Assembly: GCF_964213995.1 (NCBI RefSeq)
Contig: NC_135816.1
Coordinates: 7,750,001-7,814,000 of the forward strand
Length of the DNA: 64,000 bases
Direction of reading: 5' to 3'
Source of the DNA: Mustelus asterias
Taxonomy: Eukaryota
Made by a program: the position numbers and the translations under genes. The notes below the pieces were generated by a model that had not been told where the DNA came from, ran no database searches, and saw only the letters and a program-made list of their open reading frames with translations. This document shows positions 27,791-39,839 of the stretch, piece after piece. Within the stretch, counting starts at the first letter, position 1; the number at the start of each line of letters is the position of its first letter.

Positions 27791-29320
27791 TTATCATATG
27801 TTGTCACTTACATCATAATTATTCGCCAATATTGTTTACTTTAATGTAAAAGGAAGGGTTTCACATTCGCACGAATGATGGCAGTGAATGCTTGATGGAA
27901 TGCCCAATGTCAGGCATGTACTGGACAAGTAATCGTTATTGTTTTTGAAAGAAGAATCGACATTAAAGGAAGATTGCTTGTGATTTAATATTTTACTGGT
28001 CATTTACTTCCTAATCTTTGTGTGCTGCTTTGATCAAACCAGAGTTCTGATTTCTTCACGAATTGGTTGAAGAAGCCAGAGTCAACTCAGATACATTGTC
28101 ATTCATATTGTCAACACTCATGAGCACTTCATCGTGCACGTGTACAGACCGAGAACCCTAATCTGTTGACTGGATGAACTCCAATGTATTGATTGGATTG
28201 TTAACTCAGAACATTATTTCCTTATCCTACTAGTATTTTTTATTTCCAATTTCCCTTGTTTTGGAATGCACAGATTTGGTTCCTGCACTCGAATGGGTGC
28301 TTGCCTGCTGAATATGACAATATCCTCCCATTTGATGGGCCTGTCGTCCAATTCACGAGCTTCGAGTTTGAATGATAGAGATTTTTTGGGTGATTTTTCC
28401 AATGTGGTAATCTAATAAAGTCTATAATGTATAAACACAAGCGTCTTACTTCAAGCATCCTGCAAGGGCAGGGATAGATCTGCAGTGACTTATGCATCTC
28501 TCTGGAACTGTTAGATGAACTATTGTTCTCTGTCCAATGACACTATAGATTCAATATAGCATCTTTCCATTGTCAATATGGGTTTTACTGTAGAAAACAA
28601 AACGTTCCAAAGCCACTTGCACGTTAATAATGGATTATTTCCAATATCTAGAACGTGTGTGTGTGTGCAATCACGAAGCATGCCCCTGGTGCAACAATCT
28701 CTGAGATGGAACAAACGTCTTTTGTAGAAAAGTCAAGAGTTCTCATTTGCAGCTGAAACCTCCATTTATTTTGCCGAGACTGAAAAGAGTTTAATTCTCA
28801 CCGTCTTAGCACAATATCCAAATTATACTCTTGTTTACAAAGATATCATACGATATTTTGCCATTAGAAACAACCTGTATTCCTGGAATTTACTTTGATA
28901 TAATCCTAAACTGCAAGTTGAGAAGATAAACTCAAGTGCTTTGTTCGGTACTATTTCTAAAAAGGCTGCTCTTTTTCAACAGCCAACAGCACCATAAGCT
29001 ATCATACCAGATAAATAATATAAACCACAGCACTTGTCAATTTAGCAATGCATTTAGTTTTAAAATGCTTCATTTCAAAACCTCCCAAATGACTCAATGC
29101 GCCAAACACCGTCCAGAATCTCCATTGACTAATGTCAATCGTGTCAGAATTTATTCCACAGAGGTTTATTCCTTAAAATTTCGACCATTTTAAGGAAACC
29201 TAATGTAAAGGTGCACAGCTTGCTGTTTATTTTTCCAATACATTTGATGCGTAATAGTTGTTTGTCATGATCGCCAGCCATAATCTGTTTTCTCATTGGC
29301 GAAAAGAAGACAATGTTATA

Positions 29321-32300
29321 AGAACATAAGAACAGAAGAACTCGGAGCAGGAGTAGGCCATCTGGCCCCTCGAGCCTGCTCCGCCAGTCAATAAGATCAT
29401 GGCTGATCTTGTTGTGGACTCAGCCCAAATTACCCGCCCGCTCACCATAACCCTTAATTCCTTTACTGTTCAAATATTTATCTATCCTTGCCTTAAAGAC
29501 ATTCAATGAGGTAGCCTCAACCTCTTCACTGGGCACGGAATTCCACAGATTCACAACCCTTTGTGTGAAGAAGTTCCTCCTGAACTCAGTCCTAAATCTG
29601 CTTCCCCTTATTTTGAGGCTATGCCCCCTAGTTCTAGTTTCACCCGCCAGTGGAAACAACTTCCCTGCTTCTATCTATTCCCTTCATAATCTTATATGTT
29701 TCTATAAGATCTCCCCTCATTCTTCTGAATTCCAAAGAGTATAGCCCCAGTCTACTCAGTCTCTCTTCATAAGCCAACCCTCTCAACTCCGGAATTAACG
29801 TAGTGAATCTCCACTGCACCCCCTCCAATGCCAGTATATCTTTTCTCAAGTAAGGAGACCAAAACTGTACACAGTACTGCAGGTGTGGCCGCACCAGCAC
29901 CTTATACAGCTGCAGCATAATCTCGCTGTTTTTAATCTCCATCCCTCTCGCGATGAAGGACACAATTCCATTTGCCTTCTTAATTACCTGCTGCACCTGC
30001 AAACCAATTCCTGGAGATTCCTGCACAAGGGCACCCAGGTCCGTCTGCACAGCCGCATGCTGCAATTTTTAAACTTTTAAATAATAGTCCATTTTGCTGT
30101 TATTCCTACCAAAATGGATGACCTCACATTTACCAACATTGTACTCCATCTGCCAGACCCTCGCCCACTCACTTAGATTATCTATATCCCTTTGCAAACT
30201 TTCAGCGTCCTCTGCACACTTTGCTCTTCCACCCATCGTAATGTCATCTGCGAATTTTGACACACTACACTTGGTTCCCAACTCCAAATCATCTATGTAA
30301 ATTGTAAACAATTGGGATCCCAACACTGATCCCTGAGGCACACCACTAGTCACTGATTGCCAGCCAGAAAAACACCCATTTACCTCCACTCTTTGTTTTC
30401 TGTTAGTTAACCAATCCTCTACCCATGCTAATACATTACTTGTAACACTGTGCACCTTTATCTTATGTAGTAGTCTTTGGTGCGGCACCTTGTCAAATGC
30501 CTTCTGGAAATCCAGATACACCACATCCACAGATTCCCCATTGTCCACTGCGCATGTAATGTTCTCAAAGAATTCCACCAGATTAGTCAAACATGACCTG
30601 CCCTTCATGAACCCATGTGCATCTTACCAATGGGACAATTTATATCCAGATGTCTCGCTATTTCTTCCTTGATGATAGATTCAAGCATTTTCCCAGTACA
30701 GAAGTTAAGCTAGCCGGCCTATAGTTACCTGCCTTTTGTCTACCTCCTTTTTAGAACAGTGACGTCACATTTGCTGTTTTCCAGTCTGCGGGCACCCCCC
30801 CCAGAGTCCAGCAAATTTTGGTAAATTACCACTAGTGCATTTGATATTTCTCCCGCCATCTCTTTTAGTAGCCTGGGATGCATTCCATCAGGCCCAGGAA
30901 ACCTGTCTACCTTTAGCCCCATTAAATTGCCCAACACTACCTCTTTCGTGATAATGATAGTTTCGAGGTTCTCACATGCCATAGCCTTCCTGTCATCAAT
31001 TCTTGGCATGTTATTTGTGTCTTCCAGTGTGAAGACCGACACAAAATACCTGTTCAACGCTTCAGCCATTTTCTCATTTCCAGTTATTACATCCCCCTTC
31101 ACGTCCCCCTTCACAGGGGAGACTAGGACGCGGGGGCACAGCCTTAGAATAAAAGGGAGTCACTTTAGAACAGAGATGAGGAGAAATTTCTTCAGCCAGA
31201 GAGTGGTGGGTCTGTGGAATTCATTGCCACAGAGGGCTGTGGAGGCCGAGACGTTGAGCGTCTTCAAGACAGAAATTGATAAATTCTTGATTTCTCGAGG
31301 AATTAAGGGCTATGGGGAGAGAGCGGGTAAATGGAGTTGAAATCAACCATGATTGAATGGTGGAGTGGACTCGATGGGCCGAATGGCCTTACTTCCGCTC
31401 CTATGTCTTATGGTCTTATGGTCCTCTAAAGGACCAATGTTTACTCTCGCCACTCTTTTTAGTTTTATATATTTGTAGGAACTTTTGCTAGATGTTTTTA
31501 TATTCTGAGCTAGTTTTCTCTCATAATCCATCTTACCTTTCTTTAAAGCTTTTTTCGTGGCTTTCTGCTGACCTTTAAAGATTTCCCAATCCTCCAGGTT
31601 CCCACGAATATTTGCCACTTTGTATGCATTTTCTTTCAATTTGATACCCTCCTTTCTTTCCTTGGATATCCATGGTATCCATGGCTGATTATCTCTTTTT
31701 CTACAGTCCTTCCTTATCATTGGTATACACTTTCACTCAGCACTGTGAAAGATTGCTATGAAAGTCCTCCACTGTTCCTCACTGAACTACAGGCCAGTGA
31801 GCCTCACATCTATGGTGGGTAAATTGTTGGAAGGTATTTTGAGAGACAGGATCTACTGACATTTAGAGACACAAGGACTGATTAGGGACAGTCAGCATGG
31901 CTTTGTGAGTGGAAAATTATGTCTCACAAATTTGATTGAGTTTTTTGAAGGGGTAACCAAGAAGGTAGATGAGGGCAGTGCAGTTGATGTTGTCTACATT
32001 TAGCAAGGCCTTTGACAAGGTGCCGCATGGTAGGTTGTTGCATAAGGTTAAATCTCAAGGGATCAGGGTGAGGTATCTAAATGGATGCAAAATTGGCTTC
32101 TTGACAGAAGCCAGTGGGTGGTTGCAGAGAGTTGTTTTTCAAACTGGAGGCCTGTGACCAGCGGTATGGCTCAGGGATCTGTGCTGAGTCCACTGTTATT
32201 TGTCATTTATATTAATGATTTGGATGAGAATATAGGAGACATGGTTAGTAAGTTTGCAGACTACACCAAAGTTGGTGGCATCGTGGAGAGTAAAGAAAGT

Positions 32301-34358
32301 TATCTCCAAGTGCAACGGGATCTTGATCAATTGGGCCAGTGGGCTGAAGAATGGCACATGGAGTTTAATTTAGACAAATGCGAGGTGATGCATTTTGGTA
32401 GATTGAACCAGGGCAGAACTTACTCAGTTAATGGTAGGGCGTTGGGGAGAGTTACAGAACAAAGAGATCTCGGGGTACATGTTCATAGCTCCTTGAAAGT
32501 GGAGTCACAGGTGGACAGAGTGGTGAAGAAGGTATTCGACATGCTTGGTTTAATCGGTCAGAACATTGAATACAGGAGTTGGAATGTCTTGTTGAAGTTG
32601 TACAAGACGTTGGTAAGGCCACACTTCGAATACTGTGCGCAATTCGGATCACCGTATTATAGAAAGGATATTATTAAACTAGAAAGAGCGCAGAAAAGAT
32701 CTACTAGGATGCTACCGGGACTTGATGGATTGGGTTATAAGGAGAGGCTGGATAGACTGGGACTTTTTTCTCTGGAGCGTCGAAGGCTGAGGGGCGATCT
32801 TACAGAGGTCTATAAAATAGTGAGGGGCACAGATCAGCTGCATAGTCAATATCTTTTCCCAAAGGTAGGCGAGTCTAAAACTCGTGGGCATAGGTTTAAG
32901 GCGAGAGTGGAGAGATACAAAAGTATCCAGAGGGACAATTTCATTCACACAGAGGCTGGTGATTGTCTGGAACAAGTTGCCAGAGGTAGTAGTAGAGGCG
33001 GGTACAATTTTGTCTTTTAAAAAGCATTTAGATATTTACATGGGTACGATGGGTATAGAGGGATCTGCGCCAAATGCGGGCAATTGATATTAACTGGAGG
33101 CAGGTTGCTAGCGGAGTGCCGCAGGGATCGGTGCTTGGTCCTCTGCTCTTTGTGATTTTTATTAATGACTTAGAGGAGGGGGCTGAAGGGTGGATCAGTA
33201 AATTTGCTGATGACACCAAGATTGGTGGAGTAGTGGATGAGGTGGAGGGCTGTTGTAGGCTGCAAAGAGACATAGATAGGATGCAAAGCTGGGCTGAAAA
33301 ATGGCAAATGGAGTTTAACCCTGATAAATGTGAGGTGATTCATTTTGGTAGGACTAATTTAAATGTGGATTACAGGGTCAAAGGTAGGGTTCTGAAGACT
33401 GTGGAGGAACAGAGAGATCTTGGGGTCCATATCCACAGATCTCTAAAGGTTGCCACTCAAGTGGATAGAGCTGTGAAGAAGGCATATAGTGTGTTAGCTT
33501 TTATTAACAGGGGGTTGGAGTTTAAGAGCCGTGGGGTTATGCTGCAACTGTACAGGACCTTGGTGAGACCACATTTGGAATATTGCGTGCAGTTCTGGTC
33601 ACCTCACTATAAGAAGGATGTGGAAGCGCTGGAAAGAGTGCAGAGGAGATTTACCAGGATGCTGCCTGGTTTGGAGTGTCGGTCTTATGAGGAAAGGTTG
33701 AGGGAGCTGGGGCTGTTCTCTCTGGAGCGGAGGAGATTGAGGGGAGACTTAATAGAGGTTTATAAAATGATGAAGGAGATAGATCGAGTGAACGTTCAAA
33801 GACTATTTCCTCGGGTGGATGGAGCTATTACAAGGGGGCATAACTATAGGGTTCATGGTGGGAGATATAGGAAGGATATCAGAGGTAGGTTCTTCACGCA
33901 GAGAGTGGTTGGGGTGTGGAATGGACTGCCTGCAGTGATAGTGGAGTCAGACACTTTAGGAACATTTAAGCGGTTATTGGATAGGCACATGGAGCACACC
34001 AGGATGGTAGGGAGTGGGATAGCTTGATCTTGGTTTCAGATGAAGGTCGGCACAACATCGTGGGCCGAAGGGCCTGTTCTGTGCTGTACTGTTCTATGTT
34101 CTATGTTCTATGTTCTAACTTAGGGGATTTTTAAAGAAAAGGGCGGCATGGACAAGTTGGGCCGAAGAGCCTGTTTCCATGCTGTACAGCTCTATGACTC
34201 TAATTGTCCCACCATAACGTTTTTACTCCCAGCCTACCTTAGCCAACTCCTCCCTCATCCGTTTATAGTCTCCTTTGTTTAAGCACAAGACACTGGTATT
34301 GGATGTTACCTTCTCACGCTCCATCTGTATTTTAAATTCAGCCATACTGTGATACCAA
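29321..34358. mobile_element. Nested CR1-like LINE stack: A (-; 29321-31112, 31422-31782, 34203-34358) containing B (+; ~31113-31421) and C (+; ~31783-33095 and 34116-34202), with D (+; 33096-34115) inside C
   Basis: RT ORFs 29420-30608(-), 30740-31114(-), 31343-31720(-), 32085-33020(+), 33074-34027(+). Distinct tails (AAGAACAT)n, (TCTTATGG)n, (TTCTATG)n. C is a close sibling of the 21890-23885 copy. Confidence 0.85.
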
Positions 34359-34360
34359 TA

Positions 34361-35194
34361 TTATATTACACCAATGATAATTATCAGTATCATGTTAGTG
34401 GATCCTGGCAGTCTTTCGTTCAATTTTACTTTCCTGCAATCAAGTTATCACGGAAACTTTACTTTTTATTATGTTGGAGCTTTCCCGCACCAAGACGTCC
34501 TTCAATAGTCTTAAATTGTCCTTTCCAATCAGGTGCTAATCCAAAAGAAATTGTTGAGATTAATGCATTTTCGCTTTGGATATAAAAAATACATCTGAGC
34601 AGCAATTGGGCAGACGAAGGACAGTTAGTGTTAGGAATGATTTGGCTCTACAGTGTTGCCTCCAATCTTGCACCCAGTTAACAAACCTAAACTGCGGGTC
34701 ACAGGTAGCGTTTTAATATGAAATATTGCACTGATGCAATGGGTTAATCTGCGGAAATTAAAATTGAGTGAGGCACGTTGTGAATAAAATACGATTCATT
34801 CTGCGTTTAAACTCAGCTAAGCCTGACATCTGACTGTTGCCTCATGACACTGCTTGCAAATAAAAGCGTTGTTATTCTGCAATGCCAACAGCATTCTGCC
34901 CCAAAATTTCACCAACCAAGTTCAAATTATTCCGTATTACTTGCACTTCTTCCACAATTTAACACAAAATATTGGAAGAAATGTGCGTCACAAAAACAAA
35001 TTTGAAGCAGAACGTTACACCGAGTGCAACGAACAATGACGCAATACTTTCAAATTCATCCTTCGATAACTTAAATCCATTCCGTGATAACGTAATTGCA
35101 GGAAAGTAAATTTGCAGGAAAGACTGTCAGAAACCATGAACATTAAATGATATTGATCATTATCATTGGTGTAATATAACATGTTCTTCTTTTC
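34361..35194. repeat. Imperfect ~115-bp inverted repeat (candidate MITE TIRs); left arm split by the CR1 stack (29301-29320 plus 34361-34455)
   Basis: 34361-34455 is the reverse complement of 35080-35180 with mismatches; 35175-35194 reverse-complements to match 29301-29320. Confidence 0.7.
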
Positions 35195-36051
35195 AGCAAT
35201 TGCTGTCGCCGCAATTGGGTATTTACATGTAACTTCACTCTCCTACAAATGCGTAACAGCTTTGCATGCGTTAATGCAGCAATATGAAGCTTTCACGTGT
35301 GAGGGCACTTTCTTGGATTGCAATTACACCATTTAAAGATTTATAAATAATTGATTTGTGAATTATTTGGAACGCAGTCTTACGATTACCGTTCTTTTCA
35401 ATCCAAAAGGTGTCTGTTGGGCGATCATTCTCTTAGCACTGACTTCAAAACTTCCTTCCTCTCTATTTTCATCAAAATTTCTCTCCATCAAAAGTGCTGC
35501 ACGTTTGTTTAGCGCTCTTATAATTTCCTTTTCCTAAACTTAAAGCATCTCTCCCCTCACACGTTCTGCTCTCCATTTTGGCGCATTCTAATCCAACCCA
35601 ATTACAGGCAGAACCTCATTTTTTAAAAATTTTCATTCGTGGGACAAGGGCGTCGCAGGCTGGCCAGCATTTATTGGCCATCCCTCGTTGCCCTTGAGAT
35701 GGTGGTGGTGAGCTGCCTTCCTGAATGACATGACTATTTCACTCCCTTCCCTGTTGCAGTTCGCTGAAACATAACGTTGGCGTCTTCCAACCATTATTTG
35801 AATCATCTCACCTTTTCACTTGAACTTACCTATAACTTCCCATGTCTCGACGCCTGAAGGTCTCAATACAAAACACGAACTGTGTCTTGTTGGAGGTAAA
35901 CAAAAGGGCAGAAGTAACAATAGACGTTCAGATGTTCAATCTTAACACCAATTACTGTCAAGTAGGCAAAGATAAAATATTGTGCTACAATACTTAAGGG
36001 GAGGTCTGCATTTAGAAATCAATCTAAAAAAAAAAATTACGGGCTCCTCAC

Positions 36052-38502
36052 CTCACTCTGTATAGTGCTCTTGTAGTTTGAATTCTGGATAAGTCCTTCA
36101 TTTCCATCCGTGAGAGGAATCTTGCCTGAATTTTGCATGTTAGGTAACGTCGCCTGTCTCTTGGCCGTACCTGAAGTTGAATAGCTCTCATACCGAAACC
36201 TTTGTGAAAGCGGATCGCCCCCAAATACTTCGACATAGTTTGGAACTATTTCAATATTTCTGCTGGCTTTCTGAATTCCATTCAGCGAAGTTCGTGGTAG
36301 GAAACAACAACACGTGTCCTGACAATCATTCTGAGCAGAAAACTGGATTCTGTTTCTATGTACCTTGACGGCTAGTATAATTAAAACGACAAGAAAAATA
36401 GATGATGTTATCCCTAACGTTACGACTATGTAAAGGCTAACGTCAGTAAAGGAATTAGGATCTTCGGACAAACTGCTCGCATCAGAAATCATTTCCCGAT
36501 CACCCTCTGCCAGTGATAAGATGATTGTCATTGTAGCGGAAAGCGGTGGTGAACCGTTGTCTTTTGCAGCGACGACCAACATTTGTTTTGAAACATCTTT
36601 GCTCCCAATGCCTCGGATTGTCCAGACTTCACCTGTATCAGGTGAAATGGTAAAAAGTCCATGGTCTGTGCTTTGCAGAATCTGGTAAGAGAGGCGTGAA
36701 TTCTGACCAGAGTCGGCATCTGTGGCCGATATTTTAGCAACCAGATAGCCTGGTTCTGCGAAACGAGATACAGTCTCTGTTACTGGAGATCCATAGTCAG
36801 GCAATGGATGCACGATGACAGGAGCATTGTCATTCTGATCAAGGATAACTACCTCGACAGTGACATTACTGGAGAGCGATGGGACTCCACAGTCCCTAAC
36901 CTGAACTTGCACCTGAAAACTTTTGAGTCTTTCGTAGTCAAAAGATTTTTGAGAAAATATGGTTCCCTTTTCTGACTGGATGTGGACGTAACTAAATACT
37001 GACTCATCCTGTACTCGCGTCGGTTGTATGGAATAGTTTAGTCGAGAGTTCTGGTGTAAATCTGGATCAAAAGCTCTCACTGAAAATAAAGACGTTCCAA
37101 TAACATTGTTCTCCATTACATAAGCTGTATATAAAGATCGTGAAAAGCGTGGTGCGTTGTCGTTTTTATCCGAAATCTCCACCAGGATGACTTTCTGTGA
37201 GATGAGAGGAGGAGATCCGGAATCACTGCACACAACTGTGACTTCGTACCTGGAGACATTTTCCCGGTCAAGTCCCTGTTTTGTACGCAATGTTAAGTAC
37301 TTCTTGGAGGATGTATCCAGTCGAAAGGGAAAGCTTTCTGCGACTTTACATTCTACCCGCCCATTTTCTCCTGAATCTTTGTCTGTTGCACTGATCAGAG
37401 CTACAACTGTCCCGGGAATAGAGTTCTCAGGAACTGGACTGAACAGTGTAGCTATAGTCACCTCTGGTGCATTGTCATTTACATCCACAATCTGAACCAA
37501 TATATGACAATAAGATGGTATTGAGACTGGTCCCTTATCCATTGCTTGTACATTGATATCAATCAGACTGTTCTCTTCATAATTTAAATTTCTCCCTACT
37601 CTGATTTCACCAGTTTTGGAATCCACAGTAAAAAAATCCAGGACTTTTGCAGAGGTATGGCGACTGAATGAGTACACTATTTCTCCATTAGAACCATCGT
37701 CTGCATCGGTGGCATTTAATTTTATCACCAGTGTTCCTGTGGGTGTGCTTTCCAAGAGACTGACCCTATAAACTGTCTGGGAGAAGACAGGCGCGTTATC
37801 ATTGACATCTTGGGCAACGATTAATATTTCTGCAGTTCCGGATCGCACAGGGACGCCGCCGTCTTTGGCAACCAGCACTAACCTGTGATTTGATATCTTT
37901 TCTCTATCCAGTGTTCTTTCCAAAACTAGCACCGGCATGTCTTCATTTCCATTTCGGCTTTCAACATTTAAAGCGAAATATTCGTTTGCAGATAGCTCAT
38001 AAAATTGCAGCGTGTTGGTTCCTACGTCCGGGTCGTGAGCGCACTCAAGTGGATAGCGTGTCCCCGGTGCCGCCACTTCGGAGACTTCCAGGCGGAACTG
38101 AGCTTTTGGAAATGTCGGAGTGTTATCATTTACATCCAGAATCTCCACTTCGACATCATAGAGACTGAAAGGGTTTTCGATCACCGTTTCTAAAGACAAG
38201 ACACACTTTGCACTCGACCCACACAGCTCTTCTCTGTCAATCTCTTTGCTCACAAATAAATTACCGTCGTTCAAATTTACGTCGAAATATTCTTTTGTCG
38301 GACCAGGCATAATCCGAAAACTGCGAACTCCGAGCTCTTTCAGGTCTAAATCCAAATCCTTTGCGATATTCCCAACAAAGGCGCCCAGTTGCAGCCCTTC
38401 AGGAATGGAATAATGAATCTGGCAAGAAATGAGATCCCAGAAGGAGAATGCACAGTACAACAGTGACCATTTTAACAGCCAGTGTCGTTTAGAATATCTC
38501 AT
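36052..38502 (-). CDS. Clustered protocadherin variable exon 4
   Basis: ORF 36037..38523. ATG (MRYS) at 38502; donor GAG|GTGAGG at 36052/36051. Confidence 0.95.
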
Positions 38503-38762
38503 TTCCAGCACAAAGCATCCCAATTGTTTCAGCGCGAGAGCTCAGTTCGATAAATCATTCGGATGAAGCCACTGATGTATTATTTTCCTTGCGGAAGGAG
38601 CAGACTTCCCGAAATACCTGTCGTTTTAAACGTCTGAAAATCGCTTCCGTGTCGATCTTTTCGCGAATAATCACCGTTTAGTTTCGAATGCAAAATCGCT
38701 GACAATGCTGTGGGCCCGACCTTCAACATTTAACTGCCTCTGCGCAATGTTGGACGGGAAGG

Positions 38763-38915
38763 GAAGGGGACAGTCCGGATCGCCAGGCAAATTGCAGCTG
38801 TTCATTGGTGGATAGCACCTAATCAGCTCCAGCCAATCAGGCATCTGCTTAGCTCTTAAAGCTGTAATGTCTTGGAAAATCATTGACATTCATATTTATG
38901 GTTGTTCAATCAAAA
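38763..38915 (-). promoter_or_regulatory. Conserved variable-exon promoter cassette (exon 4)
   Basis: GAAGGGGACAGTCCGGATC 38763, ATTGG 38804, CCAAT 38833, CTTAAAGC 38855, ATTTATGGTTGTTCAATCAAAA 38894. Confidence 0.75.
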
Positions 38916-38969
38916 ATGTAATTGTTCATTATTTTCATGTTTTAATGGATTGCAGGGTTTTACTTTATA

Positions 38970-39105
38970 GACAGCAAAATACTGCAGGTGCTGGAACCTG
39001 AAACAAAAACAAAAAATGCTGGAAAATCTCAGTAGGTCTGAAACATCTGTGGCAGGAGAACAGAGCTGACGTTTCTCGCCTGGATGACACTTCGTCAGAG
39101 CTGGT
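38970..39105 (-). mobile_element. Penelope-type terminal repeat with degenerate hammerhead motif
   Basis: aaaatactgcaggtgctggaa..aaaatgctggaaaatctcag head. Minus strand reads AGCT-CTGACGA...GAAACGTC-AGCT at 39102-39064. Confidence 0.55.
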
Positions 39106-39839
39106 CTTTACTTATCTGTTAATAACAGTCGAAAGCTCCTACCATTATCCAACAAATCCTCAAATACTACATAAAATGGATAGCATGCTTAATAGGCGAG
39201 CTGCTGTCAACTCCTTAAATTTGCTGCTGAAAGCTCAGACAAATGCATCAAAAATTCAACTAAATAATGTTTTCAACTCTTGTTGGATCATATTCTTTTT
39301 CCCAATATGTTTTTCCATATTAGTACACATCAATATATAGCCTATATCACTGCACGAAGCTACGTAAAAAGTGCTTCCGAATTAAGGAGGCTTTTCAGAA
39401 TCATAACTATGCTGTTTAAAGCTAAGATCAAAAACTTCAACTTTAAACTTGGTGACAACACATTATTAATGTACACTTGTTGCAATCGGTGTGCCAAGTC
39501 CTTGCACTATAACATGCTGTTGTGATGAAGATTTCCCTTTACTAAATAATAATGACGATGTGGAAAAAAGCTGGCAAGTAGGTATTGCAACAAATGTTGA
39601 TGTATACCGAATAGTAAAGTTAGGATTTAGCATTTTAGAACAGGACAACCCTGGAACGTTCTCGAGCAAAACATATGACTTCTGTGAAAATGACGCTTTT
39701 AAGACTGGCCTCGTTAGATTTATGTTAGGTAAAGAAGATTGGGCTAATTTGAGTAAATGCAGTTTAATTACCGATGACTCAAAACCCAATTGAAAGCAAA
39801 GTAAGCTCAAGGATCTGAATGGCCCAATATTGTTTCTAT

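Larger units (their letters stand above)
24730..29073 (-). pseudogene. Degenerate protocadherin variable exon (relic A), fragmented by LINE/SINE insertions
   Basis: Colinear minus-strand remnants. Cytoplasmic CCSFD*RNLLNGIQRVR*NSHIAANCVDV*GDDPLWQSYRYETCSTLHS at 24730-24970; EC5 GIIFSQ/FDSEQLKHFQIHIQARDS at ~26555-26665; EC3/EC4 HDEVLMSVDNMNDNVSELT at ~28080-28140; EC3 EKSPKKSLSFKLEARELDD at ~28345-28400; EC2 LDIGNN at ~28640; GAAATG start homologue at 29073. Contains stops and frameshifts. Confidence 0.85.

Noticed and set aside
30927-31340. 137-aa ORF joining antisense CR1 to a CR1 C-terminus
   Set aside because: Junction artefact of element B inserted into element A.
35325-35410. Possible distal half of relic A's promoter (atttaaagat ... 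gttcttttcaatccaaaa)
   Set aside because: Matches are short and AT-rich and the spacing deviates from the cassette; not supportable by eye.
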